In this document: positions 10,653 through 21,110 of the stretch, piece by piece
Layout: every line of letters starts with the position of its first letter
How positions within the stretch are numbered: the first letter of the stretch is position 1
NCBI GenBank assembly: GCA_019704295.1
Contig: AP024596.1
Location: forward strand, 352,001-416,000
DNA from: Sulfolobales archaeon HS-7
Lineage (GTDB): Archaea; Thermoproteota; Thermoprotei_A; Sulfolobales; Sulfolobaceae
Reading direction: 5' to 3'
DNA length: 64,000 nucleotides
Made by a program: the position numbers and the translations under genes
Notes under the pieces: model-generated
The model's input: the letters and a program-made list of their open reading frames with translations, nothing else
Database searches by the model: none
Told to the model about the DNA's origin: nothing

Positions 10653-11954
10653 TTTGTACGCTAATTCAACGTATTTATCTGGATTCATTATATCGTAAGG
10701 ATCTATTACTCTCTTTATTTGCATCATTATCTCTAGGACATCCCTCCCATTATGTTTAAGCACCTGCTCCTTTAGCAGATTAGCCTTCTGATAACCTATC
10801 CCGTGTTCTCCAGAAACCGAACCACCCATGTCAATAGCTATCCTCCCCACCTCTTCGAACAGCTTTTCCGGTTCCTTAACGGTATCAGCTATTATATTGG
10901 GATGTAAATTCCCATCACCTATGTGAGCAATTAAGGGCATTCTTACGTTCTCCCTCCTCTCAATTTCCTTTAATTTGATAATAGCGTCGGTCAATCTAGA
11001 TATTGGAACGACTATGTCCTCAACAATTATATTTGGACTTTCGGCCTTGAGGGCTAGAACAGCCTTGGCTCTAACCGAGTAAAGTTCGTCAGCTTCTTCT
11101 CCCTCCGCTATCTTAAGCTCAAGAGTCCTTCCCTGCAGGATATCTAGCATGTCCTTTACTGCGTCTTTACCCACTACAATTAACAATGCACCACCGTCGC
11201 TCTCCTTTAGATCCGCGTTCAAATGCTTATTTAATAGGCGGATAATGTCTCCGTCAATGTACTCCGCCAAATCAGGTAGGATTTTCCGCCTCCTCATCTC
11301 CGTTATAACAAATGCTGTATCCTCAAAGCTCCTCATGTAAGCTAATATGGTCTCGGTCGGTTCTCTGGGCTTGGGGATAAGTCTTAGCCAGATTTCAGTA
11401 ATAACTCCTAGCGTACCCTCAGAACCTACAAAGAGATGTACTAGATCGTACCCACCTCTATTCTTCCTCAGGGGTTCTCCGACTTTCACTACGTGACCGT
11501 TCGGGAGCACCACCTTAACTGCTAACACCCATTCCCTGAATGACCCATATTTTACCCCCCTCATTCCTCCAGATGAATTAGCTGTTGCTCCCCCCACAGT
11601 ACATAGGAAGAAACTAGCTGGGTCTGGAGGTAGGAAAAAACCCTTCGACTCCACCTCCTTAAATACCTTTTCTAGATTAACACCAGGTTGTACCCTCACG
11701 TACCAGTCTATGTCGTTGATCTCAAGGATTTTATTCATGTACTTCATGTCGATTAAAATACAACCGTCACATTTCAAATGACCTGAGAGACTTGTCCCTG
11801 CACCCCATGAAATAACTGGAATTCTTCTCTCCCTTGCGTAATTTACTATCTTAACTACTTCCTCTTCGTTCTTTGGATAATAAATGATAGAAGGTCTTAA
11901 CTTAATTCCTGTGAAGTCCTCTCTCTCCTCGACGTTATGCTCTATCTCATCCAA
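10638..11954 (-). CDS. FAD-linked 2-hydroxyacid dehydrogenase (GlcD/D-lactate/D-2-hydroxyglutarate DH family)
   Basis: [35 protein letters not shown]. Confidence 0.9.
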   Translation of the reverse strand: MDEIEHNVEEREDFTGIKLRPSIIYYPKNEEEVVKIVNYARERRIPVISWGAGTSLSGHLKCDGCILIDMKYMNKILEINDIDWYVRVQPGVNLEKVFKEVESKGFFLPPDPASFFLCTVGGATANSSGGMRGVKYGSFREWVLAVKVVLPNGHVVKVGEPLRKNRGGYDLVHLFVGSEGTLGVITEIWLRLIPKPREPTETILAYMRSFEDTAFVITEMRRRKILPDLAEYIDGDIIRLLNKHLNADLKESDGGALLIVVGKDAVKDMLDILQGRTLELKIAEGEEADELYSVRAKAVLALKAESPNIIVEDIVVPISRLTDAIIKLKEIERRENVRMPLIAHIGDGNLHPNIIADTVKEPEKLFEEVGRIAIDMGGSVSGEHGIGYQKANLLKEQVLKHNGRDVLEIMMQIKRVIDPYDIMNPDKYVELAYKLMNE

Positions 11955-11964
11955 AATATCTATT

Positions 11965-13251
11965 TCACATCGCCTCTAAAAAGACCTGCTTGAGGTCGGC
12001 TTGCTTAATGTCCTTAGGACATAAGGAAAGCAACCTCTGTTGGGCTAAAGTACCGTCAACCAGAGGTTGCAAATCATCGTTTGAGAAGTCCAGTTCCTTG
12101 AGTGTTGTAGGCATACCCAAGTCTTGGAGGAGCTTAACGTAATACTCAAATATGTTGTCTGCAAGCTCCTTAACGTTCCCTGTGTAATTAAGCTCCAAAA
12201 GATCTGCTACTAACGCAAACTTCTCGTGGGCGTATGGTGTCAGGTACTTTAGGGCATAAGCTCCAGGTATAGCGGTGCTTACGCCATGAGGAACTATCGG
12301 ATAGCCGAACTCGTAGTCCTGAGGATACCACTTCCTTATCATCCCCGCTATGGGATATGCCATGGCGTGAGGTAGATGTACTCCAGCATGACCGAAACCC
12401 AGTCCAGCTATGGACGCACCGAGCATCATGTAATACCTGGCCTCAACGTCACTCGGATTAGCATAAGCCCTTCTTAAGTACTTATGAACCCACTGAATTG
12501 CGGCCGAAGCGAAGAGATCTCCTACAGGAGTAGAACCCGCATATACGGGTCTTTCCCCTGGATTCTTGTAAGCTGGTCTGGAGGTATAAGGCTTAGCAGT
12601 CAAGGACTCTATGGCGTGATTTAGAACGTCTAGTCCTGTTGAAGCTGTAACGCCAGGGGGAAGAGTTAAGGTAGTAAGGGGATCTACTAGGGCAACTGAG
12701 GGCTTCAAATATGGATTGCTAATCCCTGTCTTCACCCTCTTTGACTTAACGTCTAGTACGGCTACATTCGTCGCCTCACTTCCGGTACCAGCAGTGGTTG
12801 GTATTGCAATCAGCGGTCTTAAAGGTCCTGGAGGGTAACTTCCTTTTCCGATAGGCTTGTTTATGTACTCAAATATGTCCGCGGGGTAAGTATATAGCAA
12901 GTTGAGTATTTTTGCCGTATCTATAGTCGAGCCTCCTCCTAACGCAACGAATCCGTCAAATTGCTTATCCTTTATCTGCTTGTATGCTTTCACGATCTCC
13001 TCGTCATCTGGTTCGACGTGAACCTCATCAAGAAGTGTTACCTTTATTCCTTCGGCCTCAACGCTACTTACAACATCCTGAGTAAGTTTGGTTTCCTTAA
13101 GGGTTTTTCCAACTACTAGAAGGACGCTTTTCATCCCGAGGCGTTTTGCCTCGAATCCTACCTCGCCGCTAACACCTAGCCCGAATTTTATTTGTGGTAT
13201 GTTAATAGAAAAAACCGCGTCATTTAGAGGAGTTTTCACTAGATAGCTCAT
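11965..13251 (-). CDS. hydroxyacid-oxoacid transhydrogenase (ADHFE1/HOT-like Fe-ADH)
   Basis: [10 protein letters not shown] and PTTAGTGSE, plus the HOT-type segments [12 protein letters not shown] and [17 protein letters not shown]. Confidence 0.85.
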   Translation of the reverse strand: MSYLVKTPLNDAVFSINIPQIKFGLGVSGEVGFEAKRLGMKSVLLVVGKTLKETKLTQDVVSSVEAEGIKVTLLDEVHVEPDDEEIVKAYKQIKDKQFDGFVALGGGSTIDTAKILNLLYTYPADIFEYINKPIGKGSYPPGPLRPLIAIPTTAGTGSEATNVAVLDVKSKRVKTGISNPYLKPSVALVDPLTTLTLPPGVTASTGLDVLNHAIESLTAKPYTSRPAYKNPGERPVYAGSTPVGDLFASAAIQWVHKYLRRAYANPSDVEARYYMMLGASIAGLGFGHAGVHLPHAMAYPIAGMIRKWYPQDYEFGYPIVPHGVSTAIPGAYALKYLTPYAHEKFALVADLLELNYTGNVKELADNIFEYYVKLLQDLGMPTTLKELDFSNDDLQPLVDGTLAQQRLLSLCPKDIKQADLKQVFLEAM

Positions 13252-14063
13252 TAATCTATCGCCTTTCCCTTCGGATACTTATCCCAAAGCTTTGGATCGT
13301 GAGATATGACGAGTTTGGCCTTCCTTGACTTTTCAATTAACTTCAACTTCCTTATATAGGAGTGCCACTCATCGGCATCTCCCAAGAGCCAACCTTTTGC
13401 CTCAATCTCATGTTCCTCCGGTAAGTGGATGTAATCTCCAGTGAAGACGTATGTGCTCCCTGAATTGGTCTCCGCTATCATTACCTGGTGGCCTGGTGTA
13501 TGCCCTCCAGTAAACTCAAGCGTTATGCCGTCCATAAGTTCGAATTTCTTATCATCGATCGGGTGCCACGAGGCTCCCATTAGGGGAACGAGATCCGCCT
13601 GATCATAAGCTCCTCCCTTGCCCTGCCAAATCATAGAAAGGGCATACTCGAGTTCCCTCTTCTGTACTACAATTGGAACTTTATAATCCTTGAAAATTGC
13701 AGCCTGCCCTATATGGTCTAAATGAAGGTGAGAAATTACAATGAAGCTAATGTCTCCAGGGACTAGTCCAATATTAGCTAACTGCCTCTCAATGAAGTTG
13801 TCATCGTTGAATTTGGTTATCGGAAAGGCCTCCATTAATCCTGGGGCGTGGGTCTTCATGGCTAAAGGTGAGATCCCTGTATCAAATAAAACAACGCCGT
13901 CCTTATGCATCACTACAGCGGCAGTTACGGGAATTTCAACCCACGTTCTCTTAACATTCTTATTGGAGTTCGTTAGAGCACCTCCAGCAGCTCCCGGTAA
14001 GAACCAACCTAGATCTCCGCCCAACCACCCCAAATCCAATAGGTAGATTTTTTCCGCTTTCAT
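13251..14063 (-). CDS. metallo-beta-lactamase-fold lactonase (AttM/BlcC/AiiB N-acyl homoserine lactonase family)
   Basis: SHLHLDH, GGHTPGHQ, TGDY, ISHD; TAATG overlap with the HOT gene. Confidence 0.85.
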   Translation of the reverse strand: MKAEKIYLLDLGWLGGDLGWFLPGAAGGALTNSNKNVKRTWVEIPVTAAVVMHKDGVVLFDTGISPLAMKTHAPGLMEAFPITKFNDDNFIERQLANIGLVPGDISFIVISHLHLDHIGQAAIFKDYKVPIVVQKRELEYALSMIWQGKGGAYDQADLVPLMGASWHPIDDKKFELMDGITLEFTGGHTPGHQVMIAETNSGSTYVFTGDYIHLPEEHEIEAKGWLLGDADEWHSYIRKLKLIEKSRKAKLVISHDPKLWDKYPKGKAID

Positions 14064-14332
14064 TTGGGATAAAGTATTGTATTTTTATATAAAACTTTTT
14101 TCAACCTTTTTTCCGTGGTTAAATATTGTGATGAGACTGTATTGAGACCTCCTGTAGGTCCTTTGAATTTTTAGACTTACGAATAGTAACTACTGCATAG
14201 AGAACCTTTATCCCCTAATTAATCGGCAGATATAAAAATCTCCTTAATAATATCCCACTACCTCTATAAATCCTTAAAATGTAATCCTCAACTCAGTTCA
14301 AACTCTTATTCCTAAAATGCGTGTACTGTCCA

Positions 14333-16282
14333 ATGAGATTTCCAAAAGGGAATGGAATTCCGATAGGGGCATTAGGAACTGGTAAGATCGACTTCTTCGA
14401 AGACCTTACAGCAGGAAACATTACTATCGTTAACAACTGGTCGTCACCAATAAGGCAGTTAAGGGGATTTCACATTTACGATATGTCAACAGGCAAGTTC
14501 CTACAACTCGATCCCTATAGATATTCCGAACATAAAAGAGAAGTAAGAACAGCTAAATTAGTTAATGTAGATGCGGTGTTTCCAGAGGTAAAATATAAGT
14601 TCACTGAACCTGAACTCACTGTAAGGATTTTTTCCCCTCTGATACAAGGAGACTTGAAGAACTCCTCAATACCTGGAGTGGTTTTCGAGTTCTCGGGGAA
14701 GGGGGAGATTGCCCTATCCTTTCCAAACATCGTGGGAAGCAGGAGATGGGGAAGAAGGAACACATTGATATCAGGGAAATTAAGCGGTGTGTTTTTCGAG
14801 AACGAGAGGTCGGTGAATTCAGATCCCGCCTACGGGAACGCCTTCTTGGGATGTAACGGATGTAGAGGGTTCACGGGATACAGAAACTGGATCCCATCAG
14901 AAATGGAGGGAATGATTGAGGACCTTTCAGTATTTGACAAGACAAGGGATCTGACGTCACCGGAAATTTACAGAATAGAGAAGTACGCTAGAGAGGAAAT
15001 CTCCGGTATCGTATGGAAGAAAATTAACGGTACCGAGAGGTTTTACCTTACCTGGTTCTTCAATGGTAGACCCCATAATTACCCTTACGGTCACTATTAC
15101 GAGAACTTCTTCTCTAACTCACTAGAAGTAGCGGAGTACCTGGACGAAAACCACCTTGACGTAAGGCTTCCTAGTGTTGAAGGTTGGCTAAACGACGCTT
15201 ACAGGAACTCCTCTTATGTACTAACCTACAGCTGGCTTACAAAGGACGGAAGGTTCGCGGTATATGAGGATCCAGAGATTTCGCTTTTGATGAACACTAT
15301 AGGTTCTATGACGTGGGATTCCCTTTCATTTCTGCTTCTGGACCTTTACCCGGAACTCGTTGAAAAGATGGATGAGTACATGGTTAACTTCACGAGGCAT
15401 GGGGAAGCACCTCACGACCTCGGGGAAGAGAGCATAGAGGATCCTATTTACGGGGCGTCATTCCCTTACTCATGGAATGATCTAGGTCCAACCTTAATTC
15501 TCATGCTTTATAGAGACTACCTTCACACCAAGAGAAAGGATTTCCTGAAGAGGGTATACCCTAAGATGAGGGAGATCCTAGACTGGTTGATCGCTAAGGA
15601 TCGGGATGGCGACGGAGTTCCTGACTCAAACGGAGGCTTTGATAACTCATATGATGGGACTTACATGTATGGCGCGTCTTCTTACATCGCCTCTTTGTTC
15701 GGATGCGCGCTAAAGGCAACCATTTCCGCAAGTAACGAGATGGGAGACGATAGCTCCAAATATGAGGAATTTCTGGAAAGGACAAGAAATACCTTAAATA
15801 CACTTTGGAACGGAAAGTACTTTGTCGCTTGGAGAGATGAGAACGGGGTGCATAATACTAGTCTAAATTCTCAGATCCTTGGGGAGTTCTGGTGTAAAGT
15901 ACTTGGACTAGGTTACGTTACTGATAGAGAGAAAGTTCTGAAAGCCCTCCATTCCATATATGAGTTAAATTACAAGGCTTCGGAATACTGTACTGTGAAT
16001 TCCGTAGCGGAGGATGGAGAAATAGATATGTCAACGGATCAAATGAAGTCCTGCTGGCCTAGAATTAATTTCACTCTTGCCTCTCACATGATCTTTGAGG
16101 GGATGACCGAGGAGGGGCTTAATTTGGCCAAGAGGGAGTGGGAAACTATTTCCACGAGGTATCCGTGGAATCAGCCCTCAAAGATAGACGCCTTTAATGG
16201 GGAGAGGTTCGGACTTCCTTATTATATTGGAAGTAGTGTAGTGTATTTGGTCACAAAAGCGATCTTACAAAGGTTCAAGTAA
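14333..16282 (+). CDS. GH116 family glycoside hydrolase
   Basis: N-terminal GIPIGALGTGKI, APHDLG, WNDLGP, DRDGDGVP, FDNSYD, LWNGKYF. ATG 14333 used; the ORF track starts at 14321. Confidence 0.85.
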   Translation: MRFPKGNGIPIGALGTGKIDFFEDLTAGNITIVNNWSSPIRQLRGFHIYDMSTGKFLQLDPYRYSEHKREVRTAKLVNVDAVFPEVKYKFTEPELTVRIFSPLIQGDLKNSSIPGVVFEFSGKGEIALSFPNIVGSRRWGRRNTLISGKLSGVFFENERSVNSDPAYGNAFLGCNGCRGFTGYRNWIPSEMEGMIEDLSVFDKTRDLTSPEIYRIEKYAREEISGIVWKKINGTERFYLTWFFNGRPHNYPYGHYYENFFSNSLEVAEYLDENHLDVRLPSVEGWLNDAYRNSSYVLTYSWLTKDGRFAVYEDPEISLLMNTIGSMTWDSLSFLLLDLYPELVEKMDEYMVNFTRHGEAPHDLGEESIEDPIYGASFPYSWNDLGPTLILMLYRDYLHTKRKDFLKRVYPKMREILDWLIAKDRDGDGVPDSNGGFDNSYDGTYMYGASSYIASLFGCALKATISASNEMGDDSSKYEEFLERTRNTLNTLWNGKYFVAWRDENGVHNTSLNSQILGEFWCKVLGLGYVTDREKVLKALHSIYELNYKASEYCTVNSVAEDGEIDMSTDQMKSCWPRINFTLASHMIFEGMTEEGLNLAKREWETISTRYPWNQPSKIDAFNGERFGLPYYIGSSVVYLVTKAILQRFK

Positions 16283-16710
16283 ATCAAGCCCCCATTAACT
16301 ATCCTTTCTTATTAAACCTTATTCGTATTTCCTTTATTAGATTTTTTATCTGCTTCAATAATAGTTTTTGCTTCTAATTTTATAACCAAATTATAATTGA
16401 AAATCCTTAATTGCTTTACACTGGGCAATTCAGGTTTCCATTTCGAATTGTAATTATTGCAAACAGTGATTAAATAAAGGAAATTATTAAGTGCGAATCC
16501 CTACTTGGTCTATATGATGGAACTCAATTAAATTCGTTTTATTTTTCTAAATAAACTGAATTCGCGATGAACGAGTGAACGGCCCTTTACACTAAGTATT
16601 GATTAATCTAATCAAATTCATAAAAGTTAGAAAATAATTATCATTGTTATAGTATTATTGCGGTTGTTACGCTCATCATGGTTTATAACTATAGCAGAGA
16701 AAATCTACAT

Positions 16711-17559
16711 ATGGAACTGAGAAGTGACGAATTGAAAGACATAAAGGATGCAATAAGTAAGCTTGCGGAGGCTCAGTTAAAGTCGGAGGAAGAGATCAGG
16801 AAATTAGGAACCAGTATGAGTAAGTTGGAGGAAACTGTGGTCAAGCTTGCGGAGGCGCAGAGGAGGACAGAGGAGAGGCTTAACGAACTTGCTGAGGTGC
16901 AGAAGCGTAGTGAGGAGAGACTTACTAAGTTGGAGGAAACTGTGGTCAAGCTTGCGGAGGCGCAGAGGAGGACAGAGGAGAGGCTTAACGAACTTGCTGA
17001 GGTGCAGAAGCGTAGTGAGGAGAGACTTACTAAGTTGGAGGAAACTGTGGTCAAGCTTGCGGAGGCGCAGAGGAGGACAGAGGAGAGCTTGGATGAATTA
17101 GCCCGTGTAGTAGCAAACCTATCAACTAAGGTGGAAAGTCTTAACAAAACCGTTAGTAGCATAGGGCAAAGATGGGGCGTAGATTACGAGGAACTCATTA
17201 GAGCCTTCTTTCAGGACTTCGCTAAAAGAGAGGGGCTAGATTTCACATACTTAGATAAGTTCACTTACAAGGATGAAGAGGGTAAATACGGTAAAAAGGG
17301 TAAAGTATATGAAATGGATATACTCGCCAAAAATGACAAGCTCTACCTTATCGAGATTAAATCGTTCGTAGAGGAAGACGACATTGAATGGTTCGATACA
17401 AAAAGCGACATTATAATAAAAGTCCTTAATGCAAGAAATCCCGTAAAGTTAATTCTGGGAGTAAATGTCACTGATGATGCAGTTAAAGCCGCTGAGGGCT
17501 TAGGCATAAAGTTAGTTTATGGGAACGTAATAGAGGTAAAAAGAAAGGAGAAGAAATAG
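16711..17559 (+). CDS. coiled-coil heptad-repeat protein with C-terminal PD-(D/E)XK nuclease-like domain (DUF3782-like architecture)
   Basis: Heptad repeats, then GQRWG.DYE...EMDIL...IEIKS. TTTATA at 16682-16687 favours ATG 16711. Confidence 0.8.
   Translation: MELRSDELKDIKDAISKLAEAQLKSEEEIRKLGTSMSKLEETVVKLAEAQRRTEERLNELAEVQKRSEERLTKLEETVVKLAEAQRRTEERLNELAEVQKRSEERLTKLEETVVKLAEAQRRTEESLDELARVVANLSTKVESLNKTVSSIGQRWGVDYEELIRAFFQDFAKREGLDFTYLDKFTYKDEEGKYGKKGKVYEMDILAKNDKLYLIEIKSFVEEDDIEWFDTKSDIIIKVLNARNPVKLILGVNVTDDAVKAAEGLGIKLVYGNVIEVKRKEKK
16821..17087 (+). repeat. exact 105-bp tandem repeat, ~2.5 copies (35 aa, 5 heptads)
   Basis: Unit begins taagttggaggaaactgtgg at 16821, 16926 and 17031; copies are identical. 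Confidence 0.97.
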
Positions 17560-18159
17560 GTAGAAGAATACTTCTAGGATCTATGGAAGGCCTCATTAGA
17601 TTTTTATGAAACTGTCTTTGGGGTAGGAAGACCTTAGTGTATCAATATTAAACAAGTAAGAGTTCTAATATACTAAATATACTAAATATGGTATAGAATC
17701 CTTAAATGGGTGATAATTCCTGAATTGGTTACGAAACTACTCTTCTCAACGATTTTGAGAGAGACTTTGAGATAAACTCCTTATTTTTTGGGGGTACTCC
17801 TTATACTTTCGGTTTTACGAAGTCTCTTTTCAGGGCTGCTAAGGGGTCGCTGAAATTAAAGGCACCATCGCTTTTTACTGTGAACACAAAGTCCCTTACA
17901 AATGGCGAAATACTGTGAACGGGAGTCGAAGTTAACATCTCTAGCATTTTACCTGATATTACGGACAATTATTGACTGTTGAGATGTTCCGCATTACGTT
18001 ACAACTAACAATCATTGTTAGGCTTAACAGTTCAGTGAAATTCCTTTTCTCATTTAGAGCACTAACCTGGTCCTAAACTTGAATGGGATATTTTATTGGG
18101 ATCATTCCTTAACTAAATCAATATAAATAAGGATTAATACTACTGCACTAAATAGGTAC

Positions 18160-18480
18160 ATGATGAGTAAAGAAAAAATAGTTAAGATACTAATGGTAGC
18201 GGAAGAAGAGGACATTACGGTAACGCTTCCCACGTTAAGGAGACTTATGAGACTTATGAAAATAGAGGAGAATGTTTTAGACGAACTAATTGATGAGGGG
18301 AAAGTGAGGTTTGAAGAAATTCCTGCGATCGGAGAGAATGAAGCTAGGTTCGGTAAACTTCCAGTAGTTAGACTCGTCGGGAAAGTTAACCAGGAGATCT
18401 CTGAGGATGAAAGGAGTGCCATAGAGCTCGTTTTAAGGACAAAGACAAAAGATGCCGAGAAATACCTGGGAATATTATAA
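18160..18480 (+). CDS. hypothetical protein, possibly winged-helix
   Basis: 106-aa ORF with ATG and plausible composition. Confidence 0.6.
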   Translation: MMSKEKIVKILMVAEEEDITVTLPTLRRLMRLMKIEENVLDELIDEGKVRFEEIPAIGENEARFGKLPVVRLVGKVNQEISEDERSAIELVLRTKTKDAEKYLGIL

Positions 18481-18569
18481 TCGTCCTTTCCAGAGTCTGA
18501 TGCTAATAGAGTTTTCGAATAGTTTTGTTAAAAAAGCAGACTTAATTTTCCTCAAAGAGATTTAGAATT

Positions 18570-19616
18570 ATGGGAAAATTGGAAACATTACGAAAACTCA
18601 TGGCAGAGAAGTCGATAGATTACCTTATACTGGCTCCAGGAAGCAATTCGTTTTACTTAACGGGCTTTAAAGAGGAACAAATGGAGAGACCTCTCCTCCT
18701 CATCGTCTCCCATGACGATATCTCCTTCCTTGCCCCGAAAATTTATAAAGAACAGATAGAGGCTTTAGGGTACTCAGGAAAGTTTTTCTCAGACGGAGAG
18801 GACCCTTATCGTGAATTAAACCTTAAGGGTAGGGTAGCAATAGATGACGAACTTAGAACGTCCTTTACTCTGGACGTACTAAAGAGGTATGACGTTAAGC
18901 CGGAAAAAGCCTCAGAAATCATGCTTGAGATAAGGAAGGTAAAGAATGAAGAAGAGATAAGGGTGATGGAAGAAGGGGTGAGGATAGCAGAGAAATCCTT
19001 TGAGGAGCTAATAAACTACATCAAGGAGGGTGTTACGGAGAGAGAATTATCAAGAAGGCTACAGGACATTGTGATAGATAATGGAGCTGAGGGGACGTCG
19101 TTTGAGCCCATCATAACTTTTGGTTCAAGGACTTCAATGCCCCATCTTAGATCTGGGGATAAGATGCTTCGAAAAGGAGAGAACTTGGTTATCGATTACG
19201 GAGTTAAGTATAAAGGCTACTCTACCGACACAACTCGAACTCTGTTCTTTGGGAAGTCTTCAGAGGAATTCAGAAAGGTTTATGAAGCTGTTCTAGAGGC
19301 TCAAACAGAAGGAGAAAAAGTGGAACAGGGGGTTAAGGCGTCTGACGTTGATGCTCGAACGAGAAAAGTAATAGAGAAAAAAGGATATGGTGAATTTTTC
19401 ATACATAGAACAGGTCACGGAATAGGAATAGACGTTCACGAAGGGCCTTACATATCACCCGACAGCCAGGAGATCTTAGTTAACGGCGAGTGCTTTACCA
19501 TCGAACCGGGAATATACCTTCCGGGAAAGTTCGGTGTGAGGATAGAGGACATGGTTCACCTCAGCGGTAGGGCTATTGTTTTTAATTTGCTTGACAAAGA
19601 ATTGTGGGAGATATAG
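18570..19616 (+). CDS. pepQ: Xaa-Pro peptidase (M24B)
   Basis: IDYG...YSTDTTRT, HRTGHGIGIDVHE, TIEPG, GVRIED. Confidence 0.92.
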   Translation: MGKLETLRKLMAEKSIDYLILAPGSNSFYLTGFKEEQMERPLLLIVSHDDISFLAPKIYKEQIEALGYSGKFFSDGEDPYRELNLKGRVAIDDELRTSFTLDVLKRYDVKPEKASEIMLEIRKVKNEEEIRVMEEGVRIAEKSFEELINYIKEGVTERELSRRLQDIVIDNGAEGTSFEPIITFGSRTSMPHLRSGDKMLRKGENLVIDYGVKYKGYSTDTTRTLFFGKSSEEFRKVYEAVLEAQTEGEKVEQGVKASDVDARTRKVIEKKGYGEFFIHRTGHGIGIDVHEGPYISPDSQEILVNGECFTIEPGIYLPGKFGVRIEDMVHLSGRAIVFNLLDKELWEI

Positions 19617-20927
19617 ATGTATTCCGTTATGATTAATTCCCAATCACCTCCAGTGAGGTTTCGCTTGACTTATCAGGAATTACTTGAGAAGTACGGCGAA
19701 CTTTCAATTCCAGTGAGGATTTCAGAACTAGAACCTGAAGATTATCAAGTAGCTGTAGGAGGAGTTCCGAGAATGATGTTACAACTCATAAGTAAACCAG
19801 TTTTCAGTAAAACCAGATGGGTTGCCTTAGGGCCCGGGTACCCCTCCGAAATAGATATGACGGACTTCATGTTTTACCCTGTTTCACCAGAACCGCATAC
19901 CTTGAAGCTCTACACTAGGTTTAAGGAGGGACTGTATAACGAGAGTCACGGGATATCAAGTTACGTGATTTCTGCCGAGGATTACCTGGCTTACATGAAT
20001 TACAATTTCCTTTCTGCGAACACTATGCTGAGGTTCAGGGACGATACTGACATTTACTTTGTTAACGACTTTCAACAACTCCTTATAGGAAATATAATTG
20101 GACCTGCAGCACCAGTAGTTCTCTGGTACCACATTCCCATAGTCCCTGAAAAACTTGACCAGAAGATGAGAGAGTTCCTTCTCAGATCCCTAGAGGGATT
20201 CGATCAGGTTATTGTTAGTACAAAAAGGGATCTGGAGGGACTAGTGAGAACGGGAAGGAAAATAAACGTAACGCAGATTTATCCCTACATAGATCCATCA
20301 TCTTTAGTTAGGCCTACCAAATCCGAGTTGCAGGAGACTAACGATAAATACGGAATAAAGGACGATGACAAAGTCGTCGTAGTTGTTGGAAGAATGGATC
20401 CAATAAAGAGTCAGGATGTTGCAATAAAGGCAATAAATAACGTCGACGCAAAACTCGTTGTCGTCGGTAACGGAAGTTTCACTAGTAGCTCCCTCGGACA
20501 TGATAAGGCGAGTGTTTGGGCAAACCACTTAAAAGGACTAGTGAAGGAACTTCACCTAGAGAATAAGGTCATTTTTACAGGATATGCAAGCGAATCCAGA
20601 CTTTCCGCCCTTTATCAGCGAGCAGATGTTGTTGTACTTCCATCAAATTTGGAGGGCTTTGGACTAGTCGTCTGCGAGGGATGGAGTTTCGAGAAACCTG
20701 TAGTAGTGAGCAGAGGAGCTGGTGCATCAGAGTTGGTCATTGAAGGGGGTAATGGGTACACTTTTACTCCGGGAGATTGGAAAGAGCTAGCGGAAAAAAT
20801 TAAGCTAGCCCTCACCAACGAAAAAACCGGAGTCTTAGGAAAGGAAACCGCGAAACAGTGCTACGTTGATACTGCTCTTAACTCTTTAAAAAAGGTGTTC
20901 GATAACGCGATATCAATGTATATTTAA
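19617..20927 (+). CDS. GT4 glycosyltransferase with trehalose-(phosphate) synthase-like motifs
   Basis: [38 protein letters not shown]. Confidence 0.8.
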   Translation: MYSVMINSQSPPVRFRLTYQELLEKYGELSIPVRISELEPEDYQVAVGGVPRMMLQLISKPVFSKTRWVALGPGYPSEIDMTDFMFYPVSPEPHTLKLYTRFKEGLYNESHGISSYVISAEDYLAYMNYNFLSANTMLRFRDDTDIYFVNDFQQLLIGNIIGPAAPVVLWYHIPIVPEKLDQKMREFLLRSLEGFDQVIVSTKRDLEGLVRTGRKINVTQIYPYIDPSSLVRPTKSELQETNDKYGIKDDDKVVVVVGRMDPIKSQDVAIKAINNVDAKLVVVGNGSFTSSSLGHDKASVWANHLKGLVKELHLENKVIFTGYASESRLSALYQRADVVVLPSNLEGFGLVVCEGWSFEKPVVVSRGAGASELVIEGGNGYTFTPGDWKELAEKIKLALTNEKTGVLGKETAKQCYVDTALNSLKKVFDNAISMYI

Positions 20928-21110
20928 AAGAGATAATTCTAGAACTCAAAAATTTTTACGGGGTTACGTAAACATAGGAACTCGTTATCATAAAGCTCTT
21001 TCAAAATTAATGAAAATTTTTCGTTCAAAAATCTCGTCTCTTGAAGATATATCTTGATAAAAACCACAATTTCAAAATGTTTTTTAACTTATAACTCCTG
21101 ATTCTTATAA

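Noticed and set aside
16514-16559. Possible box C/D sRNA (ATGATGG...CTGA)
   Set aside because: Very AT-rich interior and no internal boxes; likely chance
16821-17087. Possible CRISPR array
   Set aside because: Contiguous in-frame coding repeat with no unique spacers
16773-17162. Repetitive antisense and alternate-frame ORFs (129 aa, 84 aa)
   Set aside because: By-products of the tandem repeat inside the coiled-coil gene
17560-18159. 600-bp gap, possibly a pseudogene
   Set aside because: No interpretable translation; only a short atactaaat duplication
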